NCBI RefSeq assembly: GCF_006345805.1
Contig: NW_021828588.1
Location: forward strand, 1 to 7,987
Direction of reading: 5' to 3'
From: Octopus sinensis
Taxonomy: Eukaryota
DNA length: 7,987 nucleotides
Below the pieces are notes generated by a model. It was not told the origin of the DNA and did not search any database. It was given only the letters and a program-made list of their open reading frames with translations. Within the stretch, counting starts at the first letter, position 1. Each line of letters opens with the position of its first letter. Shown piece by piece: positions 1 to 6,991 of the stretch. Position numbers and translations under genes: made by a program.

Positions 1-473
1 ACACTCCCCAAATGGGCTAACACTCCCCAAATGGGGTAACACTCCCAAAATGGGATAACACTCCCCAAAAGGGCTAACACTCCGAAAATGGGCTAACACT
101 CCCCTAAGAGGTTAACACTCCCAAAATGGGTTAACTCTCCCCAAAAGGGTTAACACTCCGAAAATGGGCTAGCGCTCCCAAAATGGGTTAACACTCCCCA
201 AAATGGGTTAACACTCCGAAAATGGGCTAGCACTCCCAAAATGGGTTAACACTCCCCAAAAGGGTTGACACTCCCAAAAAGGGTTAACACTCCCCAAATG
301 GACTAACACTCCGAAAGTAGGCTAACACTCCCCAAAGGGGCTCCCAAATTGGGTTAACACTCCCCAAAAGGGTTAACACTCCAAAAATCGGCTAACACTC
401 CCCGAAGGGGTTAACACTCTCATAATGGGCTAACACTCCCAAAATGGGTAAACACTTCGAAAATGGGTTAACA
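1..473. repeat. 19-bp minisatellite, about 25 units (consensus ACACTCCC(C/A)AAATGGG(T/C)TA), continuing beyond the left window edge
   Basis: Units read directly at 1, 20, 39, 58, 77, 96, 115, 134, 153, 172, 191 (20 bp), 211, 230, 249, 268, 287, 306, 325/341 (two shortened units), 357, 376, 395, 414, 433 and 452. There are no unique spacers. Confidence 0.95.
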
Positions 474-869
474 ATTCTCTGCACACATATCTCATTAAGA
501 TTTTCTCAATTGCTCAACCATTTCTGTGATGACTTTAGCCTCTAGCCACTATCCCATCGCTTGTGTTTCACCTCCGATTGCAACGGCTTACTCTCGTATC
601 CTTTATCTCTTCGTTATCTCGCTGCACAATCTCCATATCTAAATGTGCACATTTCGCAGTGATAATGCACAATCACATTCCGTTGATATGCATCGGTAAT
701 TTTACATGTAACAATTAAGATGAATAAACGAGCAAGTAACAGCTGCAATATTAAGAAAGTCTGTCTGTGTGTCTGACTACCTGTGCACTTTTGGGTGTAT
801 ATAGACACTTCTGTCTATATATAGATGTATAAGGATGTGTGTATTTCACTATATCTCACTCAGGGTGTA

Positions 870-1432
870 TACTCTTTTACTCTTTCACTTGTTTCAGTCA
901 TTTGACTGCGGCCATGCTGGAGCACCGCCTTTAATCGAGCAACTCGACCCCGGGACTTATTCTTTTGTAAGCCCAGTACTTATTCTATCAGTCTTTTTGC
1001 CAAACGCTAAGTGACGGGGAACATAACACACCAGCATCGGTTGTCGAGCAATGCTAGTGGGACAAACACAGACACACAAACACACACACGCATATATATA
1101 TATATATACATATATATATATGACTTGTTTCAGTCATTTGACTGCGGCCATGCTGGAGCACCGCCTTAATCGAGCAACTCGGGGGACAAACACACACACG
1201 CATATATATATACGTATATATGTACGTCTCTGTGTGTATATATATATATATATATAATATATATATATATACACGACGGGCTTCTTTCAGTTTCCGTCTA
1301 CCAAATCCACTCACAAGACTTTGGTCGGCCCGAGGCTATAGTAGAAGTCACTTGCCCAAGGTTCCACGCAGTGGGACTGAACCCGGAGCCATGTGGTTGG
1401 TTAGCAAGCTACTTACCACACACCCACTCCTG
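870..1432 (-). mobile_element. tRNA-derived SINE, family A, copy 1 (full length, with internal partial duplication)
   Basis: Near-identical to 4564-4795 and 6347-6752. On the minus strand it reads: tRNA-like head with B-box-like GGTTCAGTCCC, CORE-like ACCTTGGGCAAGT, internal TG/TA microsatellite, and a 3' tail of (AAAAGAGT)n. Confidence 0.9.
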
Positions 1433-1690
1433 TGTATATGCATCTATATCCATATATGTGGGTGTATGTGTGAGTTTGTACATCTCTGTGTGTATATATA
1501 CATTTATATGTGTCTATATGCTTGCATGTATGTATGTGTTTGACTGTACATCTCGAGGGGTATATATGTATTTGTATCCGTATATCTGAATGGATGTGTG
1601 TAGGTATTTGACTGTATATCTCTTAGTGTGTGTATAACATTTATATCTGTATATGTGTATGGCTGTATGCATGTTTGTGTGTCTGTGGGT
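1433..1690. repeat. Degenerate TG/TA low-complexity tract
   Basis: Interrupted tgta/tatg/tgtg motifs throughout. Confidence 0.75.
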
Positions 1691-1731
1691 GTAACAACAG
1701 ACTGACATGACGGAAATAAAAAGCAAAAAAA

Positions 1732-2146
1732 GTGTGTGTGTGTGTATGTTTTTGTGTGTGTGTATGTGTGTTTTTGTGTGTGGTTGTGTGTGTGTGTGTA
1801 TGTGCGTGCGTGCGTATGTGTGTGTGTTTGTGTGTGTGTGTGTTTTTGTCTATGTGTGTGCGCATACGTGCGTGTGTGTGCGTACGTGCGTGTGTGTGAG
1901 TGCGTGTGTGTGTGAGTGCGTGCGTATGTGTGTGTGTTTGTGTGTGTGTGTGTGTTTTTGTCTATGTGTGTGCGCATACGTGCGTGTGTGTGCGTACGTG
2001 CGTATGTGTGAGTGCGTGTGTGTGTGTGTTTGTGGTGTGTGTGTGTGTGTGTGTTTTTGTGTGTGTGTTGTGTGTGTTGTGTGTGTGTGTTGTGTGTGGC
2101 GCGCATACGTGCGTGTGTGCGTGTGCGTACGTGCGTATGTGTGTGT

Positions 2147-2184
<38 letters not shown>

Positions 2185-2283
2185 CGTGTGTGTGTTTGTG
2201 TGCGTGTGTTCCTATCTGTATGTGTTAATATCTGTGTTTGTGTGAGTGAACGCGCGCGCGCGTATTTGCGTGGGTGTGTGTGT
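1732..2283. repeat. Compound (TG)n microsatellite with TGCG/TACG interruptions and internal block duplications
   Basis: Alternating purine-pyrimidine tract. The cassette cgcatacgtgcgtgtgtg recurs at 1861, 1973 and 2102. Confidence 0.95.
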
Positions 2284-2504
2284 GGACACGCCCATGCCTG
2301 TCCGTTCATGTTTCAAGCAAGGTTGGTCTGCCATTTCAGGAAGTAAATTAGAAATATTTGGCGCCAAACAAACCGGCGCTCTTTCACAGCATTAGGTTGC
2401 ACCGAGTCTTTTAATCGACGTCTAACACAACCCTGTCAAGATATTCATCAACGTGAATTGCATATCTACACCAGGTATTGAGTTCTTTTCATTTTGTCCC
2501 TACT

Positions 2505-2752
2505 TAGACATCTGTGCATAATTTTTTATAATATAAATGTAAACAGATGTGACTGTGTGTGTACCGTTGGCGATTTTCTTCCCTCTGTTTTCCCTTCTCT
2601 GGATCTTTCCTTCTCCTATGTTTCCGATGAAGGGCTCCGCTCGAAACGTTAAACCCTTCTTCTTCCCTTCTTTCCTGAGCGTCCAATAATTCTATATTTG
2701 TACCACGTCCTCGCGTTGTTGTGTTTTTTTGTGCTGTCTTTTTGGATTAACT
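2505..2752 (+). mobile_element. Probable Penelope-like (pLTR-type) repeat fragment carrying a hammerhead motif; boundaries approximate
   Basis: Contains a minimal hammerhead motif (2620-2654) in a pyrimidine-rich context and ends at ggattaac directly against a (TA)n array. Minimal hammerheads are established features of Penelope-like element terminal repeats. The family assignment is inference. Confidence 0.5.
2620..2654 (+). ncRNA. Minimal type I hammerhead ribozyme motif (U4C core variant)
   Basis: GTTT-CCGATGA-A-GGGC-tcc-GCTC-GAAA-CG-TT-AAAC. Stem I is GTTT/AAAC, stem II is GGGC/GCTC (one G-U), and palindromic ACGT replaces stem III. The triplet is GUU with predicted cleavage at 2650/2651. 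Confidence 0.7.
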
Positions 2753-2772
2753 TATATATGTGTATATATATA

Positions 2773-2803
<31 letters not shown>

Positions 2804-2818
2804 CATACATATATATTA

Positions 2819-2850
<32 letters not shown>

Positions 2851-2912
2851 CGTATGTATATATATATGTATATATAATATATATGTATATATATATGTAT
2901 ATATTATATATG

Positions 2913-2943
<31 letters not shown>

Positions 2944-3026
2944 GTATATATATTATATATGTATATATATATATAGATATATATATATTATATATGTATA
3001 TATAATAGATATATGTATATATATAG

Positions 3027-3070
<44 letters not shown>

Positions 3071-3093
3071 TAATATATATACATATAATATAC

Positions 3094-3129
<36 letters not shown>

Positions 3130-3131
3130 AC

Positions 3132-3196
<65 letters not shown>

Positions 3197-3286
3197 CATA
3201 CGTACATACATACATACTACATATACATATGCGTACATACGTACATACATACATACATACATACATACATACATACATACATACAT
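2753..3286. repeat. Long (TA)n array with (TATG)n and (TACA)n segments
   Basis: Directly visible. It accounts for all the Y/I/M-rich ORFs in this interval. Confidence 0.97.
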
Positions 3287-3341
3287 GCTGCTTTCATTCA
3301 TAAACAAATAGGCATATGCGCACATGTTTGTATACACAGAA

Positions 3342-3412
3342 ACACACACACACACACAGAGTCATAGATTAATGTGTGTGTGTGTGTGTGTATTTGTATG
3401 TGTGCATATGTG
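3342..3412. repeat. (CA)n and (TG)n microsatellites
   Basis: (CA)n at about 3342-3358 and (TG)n at about 3373-3391, followed by degenerate TG. Confidence 0.85.
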
Positions 3413-3420
3413 TGGAAAGA

Positions 3421-3567
3421 TACATTATTTACATTTGACGGAAATTTGTCCTCATCTTGTTTGTTGTTAACACAACGTTTCGGCTAATATACCCTCCAGC
3501 CTTTATCAGGTGTCTTGGGGAAATTTCGAACTTGGGTTCTCATTTCTATGGTATTTTTCGATGTTTA

Positions 3568-3601
<34 letters not shown>

Positions 3602-3674
3602 TACTCAGGTCACTGCCTAGAATCGATCTCGGAATCTTGGGGTTAGTAGCCCGCGCTCTTAACCACTATGCCCG
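3421..3674 (-). mobile_element. Left arm of palindrome: tRNA-headed, hammerhead-bearing SINE-like element
   Basis: Reverse complement of 3675-3946, about 90% identical outside the microsatellite by manual alignment. It lacks 7 nt (TGGCGTA) near the A box, has a degraded B box (GAGATCGATTCT), and has an (ATT)n tract at about 3566-3604. Confidence 0.85.
3469..3514 (-). ncRNA. Minimal type I hammerhead motif (G8A lesion)
   Basis: The minus strand reads GACAC-CTGATAA-A-GGCTG-gagggtatat-TAGCC-GAAA-CG-TT-GTGTT, with stem I GACAC/GTGTT and stem II GGCTG/TAGCC. Confidence 0.65.
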
Positions 3675-3682
3675 CGGGCATA

Positions 3683-3737
3683 TGGCGTAGTGGTTAAGAG
3701 CGCGGGTTACTAACCCCAAGATTCCGAGTTCGATTCC
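3683..3737 (+). promoter_or_regulatory. Type 2 RNA polymerase III internal promoter (A box and B box)
   Basis: A box TGGCGTAGTGG (3683-3693) fits TRGCNNAGYGG. B box GAGTTCGATTCC (3726-3737) fits GTTCRANNC. Spacing is tRNA-like. The first downstream T4 run is at 4055-4058. Confidence 0.75.
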
Positions 3738-3852
3738 TAGCAGTGACCTGAACAATAATAATAACAACAACAACAACAACAACAATAATAATAATAATAA
3801 TAACATCGAAAAATATCTTGGGAATGAGAACTCAGGTTCGAAATTTCCCCAA

Positions 3853-3898
3853 GACACCGCATGAAGGCTGGAGGGTATATCAGCCGAAACATTGTGTT
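3853..3898 (+). ncRNA. Minimal type I hammerhead motif (degenerate core)
   Basis: GACAC-CGCATGA-A-GGCTG-gagggtatat-CAGCC-GAAA-CA-TT-GTGTT. Stem II is a perfect 5-bp helix. The core lesions differ from those in the left arm. Confidence 0.55.
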
Positions 3899-4060
3899 AA
3901 CAACAAACAAGATGAGGGGAAATATCCGTCAAATGTAAATAATGTACATAATTCCTCATCTCTTAAATATTTAAGTGTGAAAAGATGCAGAAATAATGAA
4001 ACATGCAAACCGATACATACTCAGATGCGTTATATAACATGGCGTACACGAAACTTTTAG

Positions 4061-4146
4061 CCCTTGAGTCACTTTGTAAGGATTTCCCTGGGTGGTCCAA
4101 CGGCTTGTGAGTAAATTTGGTCGACGAAGACTGTATGGAAGCCCGT
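4061..4146 (+). mobile_element. Old, diverged fragment related to SINE family A
   Basis: ccaacggcttgtgagtaaatttggtcgacgaagactgtatggaagcccgt (4097-4146) aligns to the family A sense sequence ccaaagtcttgtgagtggatttggtagacggaaactgaaagaagcccgt (reverse complement of about 1276-1324). Confidence 0.7.
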
Positions 4147-4231
4147 AACATTATAACTATTTTTCAGATGATGTAGGTGCCAATTATATCGGAATTTCAA
4201 ATGAAAAAAAAATGGTAGGCTTGCAGAACTG

Positions 4232-4360
4232 GCCTTCCGTTGGTTACGACGATAAGGGTTCCAGTTGAGACGATCAACGGGGCAGCCCGCTCCTGAAATT
4301 ATCGTGCAAGTGACTGAGTATTCCACAGACGCGTATACTTTTAACGTAGTTCTTAGGGCC
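4232..4360 (+). mobile_element. Probable diverged SINE body fragment
   Basis: GC-richer island (gggttccagttga...gatcaacgg...gtgcaagtgactgagtattccacagac...ttaacgtagttct) resembling an interspersed octopus repeat recalled from memory. There is no second copy in the window to confirm it. Confidence 0.4.
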
Positions 4361-4563
4361 CGCACTCATACATGCTGACACAGGTCACATATATACTCAC
4401 AAAATGAAAGTTGAAATTTTGGGAAAAGAAAATGGGTCATATGTATTAGTATGTATGTCTGCACACCGGTCAATCTTCTTTTCCCGGCATAATCGTGATC
4501 TACACAACCTGAACGGTATTTGTAGAGGATTTCATAATTAGATACTCATTTTTCTGAAAGTTA

Positions 4564-4795
4564 TACTCTTTACTCTTTTACTCTTTTACTTGTTTCAGTC
4601 ATTTGACTGCGGCCATGCTGGAGCACCGCCTTTAGTCGAGCAAATCGACCCCGGGACTTATTCTTTGTAAGCCCAGTACTTATTCTATCGGTTGCTTTTG
4701 CCGAACCGCTAAGTAACGGGGACGTAAACACACCAGCATCGGTTGTTAAGCAATGCTAGGGGGACAAACACAGACACACAAACATATACACACAC
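4564..4795 (-). mobile_element. SINE family A, copy 2 (3' half only; tRNA head missing)
   Basis: Matches 6347-6578 from the (ACTCTTTT)n tail to the internal CA/TA microsatellite, then stops. Confidence 0.9.
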
Positions 4796-4805
4796 TAGGC
4801 TTACA

Positions 4806-4873
4806 AAGTACTAGGCTTACAAAGAATAAGCCCTGGGATCGATTTGCTCGACTAAAGGCGGTGCTCCAGCATG
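4806..4873 (+). mobile_element. Inverted 68-bp fragment of SINE family A
   Basis: Reverse complement of 4614-4681 with 64/68 identity. Confidence 0.9.
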
Positions 4874-4886
4874 TGCGTGTGCGTAT

Positions 4887-4934
4887 ACACACACACACAC
4901 ACACACACACACGCACGCACACACATATACACAC
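4887..4934. repeat. (CA)n microsatellite
   Basis: Directly visible. Confidence 0.9.
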
Positions 4935-5400
4935 GTATGTTGTACTTATTGTCGACGATTGCTTCCAAGACATGTGCGTCTCAACTGGAAAAGCGACATA
5001 GCAAGGAGAAACATTCCGAAATATAACAATATCTGTTTCAACACACGACTTCACATAAAAAATCTTGCACAACAAATATACAAACGTACATTAAAAAAAA
5101 AATTATTTGTTAATATCTAATTTAATAAATGATTTCTACATATTGTCACATACATTTTGATTGATTTTTCACTTCAGTATCGCTTTGTAAATGTTCTGTT
5201 TTTTAAAATTTTTTTTAACAATTTTCTGATACTAAAATATGCTAGCAGAGACCCTTGTTAGTCGAGTGAATTGGCTAAATTTTGTAGTTTGTTCTCTTCA
5301 TTTATTAAAACAGGTAGAGATTGAATAGGTAGGTATAACATCTAATATTTTCCCGTTTTTTAAAGTGAAACGTATCTGCTTGAATATATTTGGCGGTTTA

Positions 5401-5826
5401 AGGCGGCGAGCTGGCAGACACGTTAGCGCGCCGGGCGGAATGCTTAGCGGTATTTCGTCTGTCGTTACGTTCTGAGTTCAAATTCCGCCGAGGTCGACTT
5501 TGCCTTTCATCCTTTCGGGGTCAATAAATAAAAGTACCAGTTTCGCACTGGGGTCGATGTAATCGACTTAATACCTATGTCTGTTCTTGTTTGTCCCCTC
5601 TGTGTTTAGCCCCTTGTGGGTAATAAAGAAATAGAAAGAAATAGATATTTCGTCTGTCGTTACGTTCTGAGTTCAAATTCCGCCGAGGTCGACTTTGCCT
5701 TTCATCCTTTCGGGGTCGATAAATAAAAGTACCAGTTTCGCACTGGGGTCGATGTAATCGACTTAATCCCTTTGTATGTCCTTGGTTGTCCTCTCTGTGT
5801 TTAGCCCTTGTGGGCAATAAAGAAAT
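5401..5826 (+). mobile_element. tRNA-derived SINE family B: full unit (5401-5634) plus 5'-truncated tandem unit (5646-5826), inside one 12-bp TSD
   Basis: Head GGCGGCGAGCTGGCAGA and B box GAGTTCAAATTCC (5474-5486). Central GTCGACTTTGCCTTTCATCCTTTCGGGGTC domain and tail AAAGAAATA. Direct repeat ATATATTTGGCG at 5384-5395 and 5827-5838. Homologous to 7452-7681. Confidence 0.9.
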
Positions 5827-5840
5827 ATATATTTGGCGCT

Positions 5841-5985
5841 TTATTTATTTATTTATTTATTTAAAGGAGTGGAAGGTAGATAGATAGATAGATAGATAGA
5901 TAGGTAGGTAGGTAGATAGATAGGTAGGTAGGTAGGTAGGTAGATAGATAGATAGACAGATAAGCAGATGAATAGACAGACAGAT
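5841..5985. repeat. (TTTA)n followed by (TAGA)n/(TAGG)n/(CAGA)n tetranucleotide microsatellites
   Basis: (TTTA)n at about 5841-5863 and the TAGA/TAGG array at about 5876-5985. Confidence 0.9.
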
Positions 5986-6256
5986 GTGAGTGAGGGCATA
6001 TCAACAAACCTCTTCTATATTGAAAACACTGCACCTGTTTTTTTAACGGATTTATACAATTAATCCACCCCTTTCTTTAGAAAAGAATATACCCGCTTAA
6101 CCATACTTGTGTATTTATTTTATCTTATTTATTTATCGTTTTTTTTTTTGACAGTATCAGTTACTGGACAGCGGCCATGCTGTAGCCTGCTTTCATAGAT
6201 TTTCTCCCATTTCATTTCTTTACGTTGAGGAAACGTCTCTTAGGCCTGTAAAATTG

Positions 6257-6897
6257 GGCCTATATTTCATACCTGATTTGGGCCTATTGCCTATTAAAAT
6301 AGGCCTATATTTTATACCTGGTCTTGAACTATTGCCTATTGAAATAACTCTTTTACTCTTTTTACTCTTTTACTTGTTTCAGTCATTTGACTGCGGCCAT
6401 GCTGGAGCACCGCCTTTAGTCGAGCAACTCGACCCCGGGACTTATTCTTTGTAAGCCCAGTACTTATTCTATCGGTCTCTTTTTGCCGAACCGCTAAGTG
6501 ACGGGGACGTAAACACACCAGCATCGGTTGTCAAGCAATGCTAGGGGGACAAACACAGACACACAAACATACACACATATATATACATATACATATATAC
6601 GACAGGCTTCTTTCAGTTTCCGTCTACCAAATCCACTCACAAGGCATTGGTCGGCCCGGGGCTATAGCAGAAGACACTTGCCCAAGGTGCCACGCAGTGG
6701 GACTGAACCCAGAACCATGTGGTTGGTTAGCAAGTTACTTACCACACAGCCATACATGATCTGGGCCTATTGCCTATTAAAATAGGGCTATATTTTATAC
6801 CTGGTCTTGAACTATTGCCTATTAAAATAGGCCTTTTTACCAAAGAAAATGAGGTCTATATTTCACATCTAGCCTAGATCCATTGCCTCTTGAAACA
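6257..6897. repeat. 45-bp minisatellite interrupted by a SINE
   Basis: Units at 6257-6301, 6302-6346, 6751-6784 (partial), 6785-6829 and 6853-6897 (degenerate). Consensus is approximately GGCCTATATTTYATACCTGRTYTKGRMCTATTGCCTATTAAAATA. Confidence 0.85.
6347..6752 (-). mobile_element. SINE family A, copy 3 (near full length)
   Basis: Minus strand: A-box-like TGGCTGTGTGG (6752-6742), B-box-like GGTTCAGTCCC (6709-6699), CORE-like ACCTTGGGCAAGT (6688-6676), internal microsatellite, and three AAAAGAGT tail units. Confidence 0.92.
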
Positions 6898-6991
6898 TGG
6901 CCCCTTTTCACTCTGCTTAAGACACTCATGGATTAGGTGGACATGTTAAATTGGACGGATTCTACGTTTTTAATTCAATTAAGGATCAGGT

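Larger units (their letters stand above)
3675..3946 (+). mobile_element. Right arm of palindrome: tRNA-headed, hammerhead-bearing SINE-like element (may extend a little past 3946)
   Basis: tRNA-like head GGGCATATGGCGTAGTGGTTAAGAGCGCGGGTTACTAACCCCAAGATTCCGAGTTCGATTCC, then (AAT/AAC)n at about 3751-3804, then a unique 3' region containing the hammerhead motif. Confidence 0.85.

Noticed and set aside
1-473. CRISPR-like array
   Set aside because: Units are contiguous with no unique spacers, there are no cas genes, and the context is a eukaryotic repeat landscape.
526-777. C/D box snoRNA (GTGATGA near 526)
   Set aside because: The nearest CTGA is about 240 nt away and there is no terminal stem.
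614-808. 64-aa minus-strand ORF in unique sequence
   Set aside because: Short, with no recognisable motif or exon support; expected by chance.
865-1438. 7-bp TSD GTGTATA around SINE A copy 1
   Set aside because: Low-complexity motif that is abundant in both flanks and cannot be distinguished from chance.
1220-1543. Similar peptides in ORFs at 1220 and 6528 (ASFSFRLPNPLTR...)
   Set aside because: Antisense translations of two copies of the same SINE, not a gene family.
1504-2346. Long ORFs (up to 200 aa) rich in HT/CV
   Set aside because: These are translations of the (TG)n/(CA)n microsatellite, which lacks stop codons by composition.
2729-3355. Y/I/M-rich ORFs on both strands
   Set aside because: Translations of the (TA)n/(TACA)n arrays.
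3676-3750. Functional tRNA gene
   Set aside because: A and B boxes are present, but the acceptor and anticodon stems pair poorly and the sequence runs into a repeat body. It is better explained as a tRNA-derived head.
3457-3857. Poly-Leu 'membrane or signal peptide' ORFs on opposite strands
   Set aside because: The poly-Leu comes from (TTA/TTG)n tracts, and the two ORFs resemble each other only because of the palindrome.
6154-6240. Short SINE A tail-like match (gcggccatgctg) and a GAAACGTC hammerhead half-site
   Set aside because: The match is too short to annotate confidently, and there is no upstream CTGANGA box or stems for a ribozyme.
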